From Nitrospira sp. (GTDB lineage: Bacteria; Nitrospirota; Nitrospiria; Nitrospirales; Nitrospiraceae): a stretch of 64,000 nucleotides of DNA. Positions within the stretch are counted from its first letter, which is position 1; each line of letters opens with the position of its first letter. This document shows, one piece after another, positions 19,988-29,780 of this stretch. Made by a program: the position numbers and the translations under genes. The DNA is taken from assembly GCA_047150005.1 (NCBI GenBank), contig AP038806.1, positions 1,600,001 to 1,664,000 on the forward strand. Direction: 5' to 3'. Under the pieces are notes generated by a model that saw only the letters and a program-made list of their open reading frames with translations, was not told where the DNA came from and ran no database searches.

Positions 19988-20422
19988 TTACACATTTGCC
20001 CGTACCCAACGCACAATGTCCTGCGCTCCCAAGGCACCTGGTTGGCGTGCCAGTTCTCGGCCTCCGCGGAATGCCATCAGGGTTGGAATGCTGACGATGC
20101 GGAACCTGGTCGCAAGATCTCGTTCCTCCTCCGTGTTGACCTTGGCCAGCCGAATCTGAGGCTCCAATGTCCTGGCCGCCTGCTCGAACGCGGGTGCCAT
20201 CGTGAGGCATGGACCGCACCATGGTGCCCAGAAATCCACGACCAACGGAACGTCGGAGTGCGACGCATGGAGATCGAAGTCCGCAGCCGTCAGCCTGATC
20301 GGATGGCCGGTAAATAGCGGCACATGACACGAGCCGCAGTTGGGCCGGTCGGCTAGCCGCGTGGTCGGAACACGGTTGAGACTTCGACAGTGGGGACAGG
20401 CAATGTGGATCGTTTTGTTCAT
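19988..20422 (-). CDS. trxC: Thioredoxin 2 (Zn-finger thioredoxin)
   Basis: CPHC...CGSC zinc site plus WAPWCGPC. Confidence 0.92.
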   Translation of the reverse strand: MNKTIHIACPHCRSLNRVPTTRLADRPNCGSCHVPLFTGHPIRLTAADFDLHASHSDVPLVVDFWAPWCGPCLTMAPAFEQAARTLEPQIRLAKVNTEEERDLATRFRIVSIPTLMAFRGGRELARQPGALGAQDIVRWVRANV

Positions 20423-20722
20423 CGACCGTCGCGCAAGCGCGCCTTTCCGTGGGCGGTCCCTCCCCTATTATGGCGTGTTTCCCTTGGCCGTGGCCACCCA
20501 CGCCTCTTCCGCGCCCCAGCGAACCGTCATCGGCTCGCCGGCGACACGTCCTTCACTCATACCAAGAAAGGTCCAGGTTTAGGTTCTGATGAATGACTCC
20601 ACAGTAAGCCAAGAGGCTCCATCCCTGGAACGCCACAGTTCCCTCCTAGTCATCCCCTGAAGCGCCTCGTCAACTCGTTGAATCTTCGGGAGTCGGCAGC
20701 TTCGACTGCTGGAATCTACGTG

Positions 20723-20738
20723 TGGCACTACCGATGCA
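20723..20738 (+). promoter_or_regulatory. Sigma54-type promoter candidate
   Basis: TGGCAC-TACCG-ATGCA upstream of the 20780 ORF and hsp20. Confidence 0.5.
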
Positions 20739-20779
20739 CCCGGAAGGGTGCAGCCACGCACGTCAGCCCAGGGGGGCCC

Positions 20780-21010
20780 ATGGAAATCCGCGGGGATATC
20801 CGTCAGCGTCTGTTGGAGTTTGTAGGGCAGTCGCCCGGCTGCGATGTGGAGCAGATGTTATCCGCCTGCCCGGATTTGACGTGGAATCAGGTCTTTTTGG
20901 GATTGGACTGCTTGAGCAGATCAGGTGCGGTGGCGCTCAAGCAAGAAAGGCCGGGATGCTATTCAGTGGTGGCAGCGACGGAGAAAAGTTCAAACCTATT
21001 GCCCCATTAG
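20780..21010 (+). CDS. Small hypothetical protein, possibly winged-helix
   Basis: 76 aa, CPDLTWNQVFLGLDCLSRSG; lies between a promoter candidate and hsp20. Confidence 0.6.
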   Translation: MEIRGDIRQRLLEFVGQSPGCDVEQMLSACPDLTWNQVFLGLDCLSRSGAVALKQERPGCYSVVAATEKSSNLLPH

Positions 21011-21042
21011 GGGCTCAAAGCATTAAGGAAGGAGGATAGGCC

Positions 21043-21516
21043 ATGGCGGGTCTAACAAGATGGGAACCGATCGCACGGTGGAGCCCGCTGAGGGATCTTG
21101 AGGAAATGGAAAAGCGTCTTTCGGGCGTGATCGGACGCGCCATTGGGATGCCCAATACCGAAAAAGAGGAAGCGATTTCGGTGGCCGAATGGTCGCCGAT
21201 GGTGGACATCACGGAGGATGAGAAAGAGTACGTCGTCAAGGCCGAAATCCCCGAAATGAAAAAAGAAGACATCAAGATCAAAGTTCACGACGACGTGCTG
21301 TCCATTTCCGGCGAGCGAAAGCATGAGAAAGAAGAGAAGGGCAAGAAGTATCACCGGGTCGAGCGGTCGTACGGAAGCTTTGTACGAAGCTTCACGCTGC
21401 CCGAGGACGCCGATGGATCCAAGATTGCCGCGGAATACAAGGACGGCCTCCTCAAGGTGCATTTGCCCAAGTCCGAAAAAGCACAATCAAGAGCTGTGGA
21501 GGTCAAGATTGTCTGA
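21043..21516 (+). CDS. Hsp20/alpha-crystallin small heat shock protein
   Basis: PMVDITEDEKEY, ERSYGSFVRSFTLP, AEYKDGLLKVHLPK. Confidence 0.95.
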   Translation: MAGLTRWEPIARWSPLRDLEEMEKRLSGVIGRAIGMPNTEKEEAISVAEWSPMVDITEDEKEYVVKAEIPEMKKEDIKIKVHDDVLSISGERKHEKEEKGKKYHRVERSYGSFVRSFTLPEDADGSKIAAEYKDGLLKVHLPKSEKAQSRAVEVKIV

Positions 21517-21747
21517 GGCTCCAAAAGGCCGGGACGAGGGAGGGCAGCATGATTCGCCATCCGCATTATCTCGAAGTTCCCTGGGAGATCCGCTGGCATG
21601 ACACGTCCGGCACAACGCATCGGCGTCTGTGGTGGCTGGTCGCCATTCTCGTATTGGCGGCGATGTTCATGATCGGTGTCGGCGTCCTTAGCGGAACGGT
21701 GTGAGCGTTCGTCTGATCGACGCGGTCGGGAGAAAGCCGAGTTTCTT

Positions 21748-22428
21748 GTGATTTTCCGAAATCGTCAAGAGGCGGGACAACGGTTAGCGGGCAAGCTGCA
21801 GCGGTATCGCGATGATCCGAACGGCCTGGTCCTCGCGCTGCCGCGCGGGGGCGTGCCGGTCGGCTATCAACTGAGCCTGGAACTCCATCTTCCTCTCGAC
21901 GTGTTCATTACGCGCAAGATCGGACTGCCCGAGAATCCCGAGTACGCCCTGGGCGCAATCAGCGAAACGGGCAATGTCTATTTGAATCCCGATGCCGTGG
22001 GCGAGTACCGTTTGTCCTACAAGGACATCGAGGATCTCGTGCAGATTCAACGGGAGGAGATCCGCCGACGGCGGCGGCTCTACCGGGGAGACCGGCCTTC
22101 TACACCGCTGAAGGATCGATGCGTCATTCTGACGGACGACGGCATCGCCACCGGCGCGACGTTCTTCGCCTCGGTAGCGGCCATTCGGAACGAATCTCCG
22201 CGCGCCTTGATCGCCGCCGTCCCGGTGGGTCCTGCGGAAACCATTGAGAAAGCCAGGTCTCTGGTGGATGACCTGGTGGTGCTCGCGATGCCGGAACCTT
22301 TCTGGTCCGTCGGAGAACACTATGCCGAGTTTGCCCAGGTGCCGGACGACGAGGTCGTGAAGTATCTCAATTCGGCGGATGCTTCGCATCGCGATCGGAT
22401 GAGACGGGCATCTTCACGGTTGAGTTGA
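21748..22428 (+). CDS. Phosphoribosyltransferase family protein (paralog of 17253)
   Basis: FRNRQEAG, LALPRGGV, ILTDDGIATGAT. Confidence 0.88.
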   Translation: MIFRNRQEAGQRLAGKLQRYRDDPNGLVLALPRGGVPVGYQLSLELHLPLDVFITRKIGLPENPEYALGAISETGNVYLNPDAVGEYRLSYKDIEDLVQIQREEIRRRRRLYRGDRPSTPLKDRCVILTDDGIATGATFFASVAAIRNESPRALIAAVPVGPAETIEKARSLVDDLVVLAMPEPFWSVGEHYAEFAQVPDDEVVKYLNSADASHRDRMRRASSRLS

Positions 22429-22497
22429 GCAGCGACGCGCCGACGCAGGCTTGTCACGGAGATCGTGCCGTTCACGACGATCAGGATGAGGATTGAA

Positions 22498-22528
22498 ACT
22501 CGGCACTCAGGACTCAGCACTGAGCACT
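22498..22528. repeat. Heptamer tandem array
   Basis: GGCACTC-AGGACTC-AGCACTG-AGCACT. Confidence 0.65.
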
Positions 22529-22554
22529 ATTGGAGCGACAAGGAAGGATGACTG

Positions 22555-23412
22555 ATGAAAATCGTGATGGGAGTGGACTGGTCGGAGGAGGCATTCACCG
22601 CGGTGAAGCAAGTTCTGCATCTCTATCACCCGACGGAGGCGATCCTGGTTCACGGCATCGAAATGGGCATCTTCGAATATCCGGCGCTCGCCCAGATCGC
22701 CAATCTGCAGGGGTATGAAGAGTTTCGCCGCACGCTGGCCGACGCGGGGAGGCAGGTTTTGGATCGGACGGAGCAAATGCTGCCTGTCGGCGCCGCGGCG
22801 ATCAAGCGGGTGAACGAGATCGGCAATCCCGCACGTCTGATTCTTGAAGAAGCGAAGACCATGCAGGCCGATCTGATCGCGGTCGGCGCGCGCGGAAGAG
22901 GCCGGCTGGCGGAGACGGTGCTGGGCAGCGTGTCTCATCGAGTGTTGATGCATGCGGCCTGTCCGACGCTGGTCGTCAGGGGTGAGGCCAGGCCGGCGCG
23001 GCGCGTGCTGGCGGCGGTGGAAGGAAAGGACGATGCCGAGCGCATCGTCCAATGGTTGCGATGTCACCCATTCATCAATCCAGTCGAACTCTGCGTCCTC
23101 AGCGTCGTCGTGCCGCTGAGAGCCGGTGGGCCGTTCATGGCGGCGGGCATTGAATCGTGGACGGCGGCGGCGCAGAGCTACGCTGAAGACCTGGTGAAAA
23201 GTGTCGCCGCATCCTTGTCGTCTCCCGCATACAGGGTCACGACCAGAGTGGCGACGGGTGAAGCAGCCGCTATGGTGGCGGAGCAAGCGAAGGATATGGA
23301 TCTCGTCGTCGTTGCTTCTCACCAGCGTCATGGAGTCGACCGCTTTCTCCTCGGAAGCGTGTCGCATTCCATCCTGCATCGGGTAGCCGGTCCCGTACTC
23401 GTCGTTCATTGA
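22555..23412 (+). CDS. Universal stress protein (paralog of 17947)
   Basis: MKIVMGVDWSEEAF; two LGSVSH motifs. Confidence 0.9.
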   Translation: MKIVMGVDWSEEAFTAVKQVLHLYHPTEAILVHGIEMGIFEYPALAQIANLQGYEEFRRTLADAGRQVLDRTEQMLPVGAAAIKRVNEIGNPARLILEEAKTMQADLIAVGARGRGRLAETVLGSVSHRVLMHAACPTLVVRGEARPARRVLAAVEGKDDAERIVQWLRCHPFINPVELCVLSVVVPLRAGGPFMAAGIESWTAAAQSYAEDLVKSVAASLSSPAYRVTTRVATGEAAAMVAEQAKDMDLVVVASHQRHGVDRFLLGSVSHSILHRVAGPVLVVH

Positions 23413-23422
23413 AAGGAGGAAC

Positions 23423-23785
23423 ATGAAAGTCACAGCCCTTCTCATCGCCCTCACGCTCGTGTTCGCCGCCGCCTTCGTGGCATCAGCCCAAACCGTCCGC
23501 GGGAACCCTCAGGAAGGCGAATCCATTTACCGGCAGCATTGCCTCCGTTGTCACGGAGAAAAGCTGGACGGAAGAGGTCCGGAGGCCGGTGATCTGATCG
23601 CCAAGCCCACGAATTTCCTTTCGCCCGCTGTGCGCAGCAAGTCTGATTGGGAGCTGCTCGTCACGATATCGAACGGCGCGCTCTTCACGCCCATGCACTC
23701 GTTCCGCGGCAAACTGAGCGATCAACAGATGCTGGATGTCCTGTCATACATCCGATCGGTTGCCCCGATCGATGCGGTAAGTTAG
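23423..23785 (+). CDS. Monoheme cytochrome c
   Basis: Signal (ASA-Q), CLRCH, TPMHSF. Confidence 0.88.
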   Translation: MKVTALLIALTLVFAAAFVASAQTVRGNPQEGESIYRQHCLRCHGEKLDGRGPEAGDLIAKPTNFLSPAVRSKSDWELLVTISNGALFTPMHSFRGKLSDQQMLDVLSYIRSVAPIDAVS

Positions 23786-23793
23786 CGTTTCAC

Positions 23794-25239
23794 TCATCGC
23801 CAGAGTTTGGCCGCGCGTCGGTCCAGCTTGGACCAGACGGCAGGCAGCGCCGCTCTCATCTTGCGGCGCCGCTCACATTGACGTTCGATGAGGCGCCCCA
23901 GGGAGACGGCTGCCAGCTTGCCTCGCGAATGTCGAAGCAACTTGCGGAACCGTTGCTCGAACACCACGGCATCCTGGTGTTCCCCCAGCAGGTCCTGCAG
24001 GTCCCGGATCCGACGGATGACACGCGTGGCCGGTTTACCGAGGGAAACCTCCGCCAGTTCGGTCGCGTACCGTGCCCGCTTCCCTTTGATGCGGATCTTG
24101 TGCAGCGCTTTGTCGCTCGCCTCGGAGCCGCCTTTTCGCATGGCGCGGTGGAGCTTGCGATACTCCGCGCGAGTGATCTCGAGCAACGAGACCGTATCCC
24201 CCGTGACCACCGGAGATTGCGCCGCGGCTTCCAATCGATCGAGCAGCGCAAGATAACGCTCGCTTTTGAGCGCCTGCAGCAGCAGATCGCGCGCCTCCAT
24301 TCGCTCGCGCTGTAATTCGTTGATCACCGGCTGAAGTGCCCGCCGTTCCGGAGGACGAAACGCGGCCCGTTCGGCGTTGAGATAGCTCAAGAGAACGTCG
24401 AGATCGCGCACGAAACCGAGCATGCGCCCCAGCCAGGCAAGTTCGTCTCCGAGCGACTCCGCCCATTCGGGGTTCAGCATTGGTGCCGCCGCACGGAGGT
24501 AAGCGCGGAGCCGCCTGGCCGCCACCCGCATTTGGTGAAGGTCCTCCGGGTCGCTGCCGAGGCGCGTGCCGGGATCATGTGACAGCAGTCTGGACGTTTC
24601 CCTGTGCAGCAGGGCTTTTACCTGCTCGATCGGCTCGGGGCCTGAGGGGGTCTGGCTGATCGGGGACGGCGGCCATCCCAGGATCCGGAAGAACTTCGGC
24701 CGCGGGTCCCCATCGCGCGCGCCGGCTTCGCGAAGCGGCTTCTCGATTCGCGCGAGGTCCTTTTCCGAGCCGTTGATGAGCTCGATTTCCACCTCATACA
24801 GATGATGGGTGACGCGTCGGCCGTCCAGCAAGGCGACGGCATCCATGACGACGTCGGCCAAGGGACCGTCGTCTCCCAAGACGCGGATCCCGGTCCGCTT
24901 CGTGCGAAGGCTGGCCAGAGGCTTGAGCGGCTGGCGGCGGCTGTGGGCAAGGAGAAGCTCGGTCAGTGAAGTGGGAGGACCGATGCGCTTGCCCGCGAAT
25001 TCCAATTCCAAGCGGGCACCTTCCCGGGGAAGCTTGAGCTGCCAGACGCCCGCGCGGGCCTCAGTCCGATAACGGAGCGTGATCCCGTTTTGTGCAAGCC
25101 GATGATCCTCGGTATCAAAATAGGTCGAGGTAAACGTCCGAGGCTTGATGGGTTCGCCGGGCAGATCCGGCAACCGAAATCCCCTGTCCACACCGAGCTT
25201 CGTTTCCCGCTCCAACGTTTGTTTCATGACCGGGTTCAT
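23794..25239 (-). CDS. CYTH + CHAD domain protein (polyphosphate-related)
   Basis: ERETK CYTH motif, EVEIEL; CHAD LHQMRVAARRLR, RDLDV, LHKIRIKGKRARY, LQDLLGEHQD. Confidence 0.9.
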   Translation of the reverse strand: MNPVMKQTLERETKLGVDRGFRLPDLPGEPIKPRTFTSTYFDTEDHRLAQNGITLRYRTEARAGVWQLKLPREGARLELEFAGKRIGPPTSLTELLLAHSRRQPLKPLASLRTKRTGIRVLGDDGPLADVVMDAVALLDGRRVTHHLYEVEIELINGSEKDLARIEKPLREAGARDGDPRPKFFRILGWPPSPISQTPSGPEPIEQVKALLHRETSRLLSHDPGTRLGSDPEDLHQMRVAARRLRAYLRAAAPMLNPEWAESLGDELAWLGRMLGFVRDLDVLLSYLNAERAAFRPPERRALQPVINELQRERMEARDLLLQALKSERYLALLDRLEAAAQSPVVTGDTVSLLEITRAEYRKLHRAMRKGGSEASDKALHKIRIKGKRARYATELAEVSLGKPATRVIRRIRDLQDLLGEHQDAVVFEQRFRKLLRHSRGKLAAVSLGRLIERQCERRRKMRAALPAVWSKLDRRAAKLWR

Positions 25240-25360
25240 ATGCGGAAGGCTCCGAACGCCGAGGTTGCAGTGGCCTCCTTCAGGGCAGTGTCTTAACCCG
25301 GGCCGGAATGTCGGTCACCTCTGCTGGTCCTTGCATCCGTCATGTCCTTTTCTCCTTCCG

Positions 25361-26434
25361 TCACTTCGGCAACTTCGGCATTTCGAACTTGATGGGCTCA
25401 CCGGTCAGCGCTTTCAGAAACGTGACCAGGTCGGTCTTCTCCTGTGGAGTCAGGCCGAGCGGTTTCATCATGGAGCTGAGGTTCGGATTCGGGCCGCCGC
25501 CTTGATCGAGAAAAGCCATGACCTCTTCGAGCGTTTTGAACAGGCCGTCGTGCATGTAGGGCGCGGTCTCGGTGATGCTTCGCAGCGTGGGCGTCTTGAA
25601 CGCCCCCTTGTCCTTCTCCTGCCTCGTGACATCGAAACGCCCGAAATCCTCCTTCATCGGCCCGACCTGCGCCACGCCCAGGTTATGAAACTGATTGTCG
25701 GTGAAATTTGGTCCGTTGTGACAGAGAATGCACCGCGCTTTCCCCTTGAACAGCGTCATCCCTCGGACCGCCGACTCGTCCATCGCCTTGCTGTCGCCCA
25801 GGACGTATTTATCAAACGCCGAATTCGTGGAAACGATCGTCCGTTCATAGGCGGCGATGGCTTCGGCGATTCCTTGAAGATTCACGTTCGTCCCGAAAAC
25901 CTCCCGGAACCGGTCTTGGTAGCCCTTGATCTTGGCGAGCTTCTTCACGACGTTCTCGTGCGTTTCCGCCATCTCGACGGGATTGGCGATCGGGCCGATC
26001 GCCTGTTCCTCGAGCGAACCGGCGCGGCCGTCCCAGAACTGGAGCGGATTGTGTCCCGTGTTATACACAGTCGGCGCTTGCCGCCCACCGATGCCTCCCC
26101 CTACACCGATCGAGGTCTGGCGAGGATCGGCAAATCCGGTCATCGGGTTGTGGCAGAACGCACAGGAGATGGCGTTATTCTTCGAGAGGCGGCCGTCGAA
26201 ATAGAGTTGCTTGCCCAGTTCCACCTTGGCTTTGTAGTTCAGGTTGGTGGAAGGAATCGGCACAACGGTGGGCATCGGCCCGATGTCCGGCACGGTGATA
26301 CCGTCCACGACAACCGTTCCGGCCGTTGCCGGCGACTGTGCCTGTACCCGACTTGAACCGATCGTCGCTCCGATCAACAAGCCGGCTGTGAGCCAGCCTA
26401 TCGTGGTAACAAGAACCCTTCTTCCGGTCATCAT
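25361..26434 (-). CDS. Di-heme cytochrome c peroxidase (CCP/MauG family)
   Basis: LYFDGRLS, CAFCH, QFWDGRA, CILCH, FKTPTLR, APYMHDG. Confidence 0.92.
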   Translation of the reverse strand: MMTGRRVLVTTIGWLTAGLLIGATIGSSRVQAQSPATAGTVVVDGITVPDIGPMPTVVPIPSTNLNYKAKVELGKQLYFDGRLSKNNAISCAFCHNPMTGFADPRQTSIGVGGGIGGRQAPTVYNTGHNPLQFWDGRAGSLEEQAIGPIANPVEMAETHENVVKKLAKIKGYQDRFREVFGTNVNLQGIAEAIAAYERTIVSTNSAFDKYVLGDSKAMDESAVRGMTLFKGKARCILCHNGPNFTDNQFHNLGVAQVGPMKEDFGRFDVTRQEKDKGAFKTPTLRSITETAPYMHDGLFKTLEEVMAFLDQGGGPNPNLSSMMKPLGLTPQEKTDLVTFLKALTGEPIKFEMPKLPK

Positions 26435-26699
26435 GTTTCCTCCCTCCTTGCAGTGACCTTCCCTGCTGCGACGCCTGAGATCTCTCGACCGGGCTTCACC
26501 GACCTCATGCTCAACGGTTCGCCGGCAGCCCTTGAGGTCAATACCGTATCATGGTCGGTCCCACTGCGCCATGCCGTGAGGCACGAGCCGCAACCGGCGC
26601 ACTGTGCCTCGCGGACAAGGCGTCTGTATGGCGAGCCGAGATGAAGATGAAATTGAGAGGATAGCACGCGACCCTTGGCGAGCAGCGGGCGTCACGTGA

Positions 26700-27248
26700 T
26701 CAGCGATCGCAGCGTTGACCTTCGCAGCCCCCCATCGAACCTCGATGCTCCATGCCGCTCGTCCCGCTGTCCGGACCTCCCATGCCTCGACCATGGCCTA
26801 TCCTGGCCGGCCCATGGCCGCCCGAGAAACTTCGTTCGTATTGAATGATCGACCAAATCTCTTCGTCCGACAACACCCCATCAAATCCGATCATGGCCGT
26901 GCCGGGTGAGCCGTGCTTGATCACCCAGAAGATCTCGCCCTCCGTCCGGTGCCGCCAGAATCCGTGATGATGAAAATTGCGGGGAGTGGGATTCAGTGAG
27001 GCGGCAACCGGCCCGTCTCCGGCTCCTGAAGTTCCGTGACAGTTGAAACAGGTGCCTTTGCCGTTGTAAAGCCCTTTGCCTTTCTCGACCGTTTCGGGGG
27101 AATCAGGCAGAGGACTCTTGAGCGCTCTGGCTTCGTCCAGCTTGCCGGCTGGTACCCGAGGCTGCATCATATGCCGCTCCGCCGCTCCTGCCCCGTCCAC
27201 CAAGACGCTTGACAGAATAAGCACAGCCAAAGTGGTCCGCCGCATCAA
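26700..27248 (-). CDS. Monoheme cytochrome c
   Basis: Signal, CFNCH, GSPGTAM; Gly/Met-rich tail. Confidence 0.85.
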   Translation of the reverse strand: MMRRTTLAVLILSSVLVDGAGAAERHMMQPRVPAGKLDEARALKSPLPDSPETVEKGKGLYNGKGTCFNCHGTSGAGDGPVAASLNPTPRNFHHHGFWRHRTEGEIFWVIKHGSPGTAMIGFDGVLSDEEIWSIIQYERSFSGGHGPARIGHGRGMGGPDSGTSGMEHRGSMGGCEGQRCDR

Positions 27249-27266
27249 AGTCGTTCGCCTTTCCGG

Positions 27267-27626
27267 TTAGAATGCGATGCTCTTTTCCCGCTCGGCCACG
27301 GCTTTGATGTAGTCCGGCATGCCCTTAATGGAAGCTCCTGCCACCAAATCTGATCCGCCGATCTGCCTCGCCACCGCGCAGGCTCCGCAGACCCAGATCG
27401 GGACCCCCGCAGCTTGCACGGCGGATAGAAGATCCTTTAACGGAGTCAGATTTACGCCTTGCACATGGTCGGCGGTTCCCTTGCGTCCCAAGGTCACGGC
27501 TTCGTTCCAGAGCCAGAGTACGACATCGTGGCCCTGCTCTTTCGCCGTCTTTGCAGCCATGAAAGGAAGGGTCGCCATCGTCGGATCGTCCGTGCCCCGG
27601 CTGCCTGAAATAATGAGACTCGCCAT
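27267..27626 (-). CDS. DsrE/DsrF-like family protein
   Basis: 119 aa; LWNEAV, IWVCGACAVAR. Confidence 0.8.
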   Translation of the reverse strand: MASLIISGSRGTDDPTMATLPFMAAKTAKEQGHDVVLWLWNEAVTLGRKGTADHVQGVNLTPLKDLLSAVQAAGVPIWVCGACAVARQIGGSDLVAGASIKGMPDYIKAVAEREKSIAF

Positions 27627-27670
27627 GCATTCCTCCTTCGCCGTCTCGGCTCGAATTCGCGCGCTCGCCC

Positions 27671-28252
27671 TTACTTTTCCAAAGCAATCACACCGCAGGC
27701 GATTCGAGGACCGCCCGGCGCGTCCTTCGTGGGTGGATCGGGCAAGTATTTGTCCTCCAGCCCGTGAATCACGATCGCGCTGCCGTCCTTGTCCAGCAGC
27801 GTGGTCAAGCCAGGACTGAGCGCGACCCGGCTGCTTATCGTATACAGCGAGCCCTTTCGTCCCTCGTCGATCACGACGTTCGGCAAGTCGCCCAGGTGGT
27901 AGGGATGGTTGCCCAAGCCAGGCGCGACCTGTGCTTCTGGATTGATCTGCGGGTCGACGTTCCCGTCGTAGTGACCGTTGGCGGCGGTGAATGGCTCGCA
28001 GGCCCCGGTCTCGTGGATGTGCACGGCATGCCGCCCCGGTGTCAGCGCGCTGTCGGCCGTGCCTTCCAGCTTCAGCTTGATCCGGATGCGACCCTCGTAT
28101 TCTTGATAGAGATGGGCCTCCCCGGTGATGCCTGGGCCGGTGATGATGGCTTTGGCGTGCAGCTTGTGCTCCAGTTTACCAGTATGATGGTGGGAGCACC
28201 CTCCCAGCAGGAGCGCGACGGCAACGACGGTTCCGGCGGTTTTCACAGTCAT
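27671..28252 (-). CDS. sodC: Cu/Zn superoxide dismutase, lipoprotein
   Basis: LLGGC lipobox; HAVHIHE, GHY, HLGDLPN, AIVIH, GPRIACGVI. Confidence 0.9.
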   Translation of the reverse strand: MTVKTAGTVVAVALLLGGCSHHHTGKLEHKLHAKAIITGPGITGEAHLYQEYEGRIRIKLKLEGTADSALTPGRHAVHIHETGACEPFTAANGHYDGNVDPQINPEAQVAPGLGNHPYHLGDLPNVVIDEGRKGSLYTISSRVALSPGLTTLLDKDGSAIVIHGLEDKYLPDPPTKDAPGGPRIACGVIALEK

Positions 28253-28344
28253 GGGTGTTCTCCTTTCTATGGCCGCATCGGGTTTCGATGCCGCGTCAGA
28301 AATCCAGCTGCGCCATCTTGCGATGAAAGCGGGGTGGTCGGCGG

Positions 28345-29751
28345 TCAATTAGCCAGGCTCCGAAGGTAATGGATCAATTGCCAGACCTGGTCGTCCGGTA
28401 TTGCCGCAAACGACATCATGCCGGTTCCGGGCGATCCGTTCTTGATGATCCAGAACAACTGGCCGTCCGGTATGTCCTTCATCATCGCGCCGCACGTAAA
28501 GTTGCGCGGCGGCGGCACGAGCGCGGCGCCCATGAACCCCTTCCCATCCCCCAGCTCGCCATGACACATGACGCAGGCGACCGGCTGTGCGGTCTTGAGG
28601 AACAGCGTCTTGCCGGCGTTGATTGTTCCGGTTGAGGCGGGAAGCGGGTTGGTCTTTGAGAGGAAATCGTCCGGCGCCTTGGCGGTCTTTCGAGGCTGCA
28701 CGCAGGCCTCGCTCTGGCCTCCGCTCGGCGCATTCGCCATGGCCGGCGTTCCTTTGAACGTCGCCTTCAAGTAGGCGATGACATCGGCCACGCCCTGCTG
28801 GCCGATCGTCAGATTCCAATAAGGCATGCTCGGGGACTTGCCCAAGGCTGCGCCGCCGTGATTGATCACGTTGTAGAGATAGTCCATCGGCAGCTTCTCG
28901 AACGGGATGTTGGCATGGATCGCGGGCTTCGGTTGCAGTCCTGAAGCGGCCGGACCGTCACCCTTCCCGGTGAATCCGTGACACTGGGCACAATATTCCT
29001 TGTACAGCAGCTTACCGCGATCGAGGCTCGCATTGGCGAACTCCTGACTCGTCCAGGGCTCGTAGTAGGTGAATTCCTTGATGCCCTGCGCGGCAAGGTA
29101 CCCGATCACCGCCCGCAGTTGCGGATCGGTTGCGTCGGCCAGAAATTCCCCGGTATGCATGATGAAGTCCTGCGGATTCTGTCCGAACCGATAGAGCCAG
29201 TCCGGGTTGTAGCGCTGGCCGGCATTCTGGAGCGCGGTGCTTTGGGGCCCGCCGATGAGCGTGCCGTTTTCCTCGACCGTATGACAGCCCAGGCACGCAT
29301 GCGCCTTATACGCCATGCCGCCGAACGTCACCTCGAACTTGGAGACTTTCGACACATCGAAGGCGCCGACTTTCACCCGTGGGTCCTTGTTGTTCTTCTC
29401 GAAGTCATCGGCGATGGCGTTCGCATCTGCCTCGCTGACGACGGGGTGTTGCGCCGCTCCTTCGCTGAGGTCCCAGCGATAGCCCTTCGCGTAGAGCGGC
29501 GCTTCCTTCCCGGTCAGCCACCGGATCAGCCAAGGGCGCTGATACTTGCTGCCGGCCCAGATCAGGTCCGGCGCTCTGAGATTGAAGCGCGACTCGGCGG
29601 TGCCTTGGAGCCGATGGCATCCGGCGCAGGCATGCTCGATCAATTCCTTGGCGCGCTGGTGATCGCTTCCGAAGAGCAATCCGGGCGTCGACATCACACC
29701 TACTAGAACGAGTAATGCGCCTCCGATGGCCACCCCGCTTGTCGCGCGCAT
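28345..29751 (-). CDS. Tetraheme c-type cytochrome
   Basis: CAGCH, CLGCH, CAQCH, CVMCH; N-terminal signal or TM. Confidence 0.9.
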   Translation of the reverse strand: MRATSGVAIGGALLVLVGVMSTPGLLFGSDHQRAKELIEHACAGCHRLQGTAESRFNLRAPDLIWAGSKYQRPWLIRWLTGKEAPLYAKGYRWDLSEGAAQHPVVSEADANAIADDFEKNNKDPRVKVGAFDVSKVSKFEVTFGGMAYKAHACLGCHTVEENGTLIGGPQSTALQNAGQRYNPDWLYRFGQNPQDFIMHTGEFLADATDPQLRAVIGYLAAQGIKEFTYYEPWTSQEFANASLDRGKLLYKEYCAQCHGFTGKGDGPAASGLQPKPAIHANIPFEKLPMDYLYNVINHGGAALGKSPSMPYWNLTIGQQGVADVIAYLKATFKGTPAMANAPSGGQSEACVQPRKTAKAPDDFLSKTNPLPASTGTINAGKTLFLKTAQPVACVMCHGELGDGKGFMGAALVPPPRNFTCGAMMKDIPDGQLFWIIKNGSPGTGMMSFAAIPDDQVWQLIHYLRSLAN

Positions 29752-29780
29752 GCTTCAGTCCCCTTTCGATCAGGCAACCG

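Noticed and set aside
26431..26667. 78-aa ORF with CAGCGSC
   Set aside because: No clear RBS or family resemblance; likely spurious
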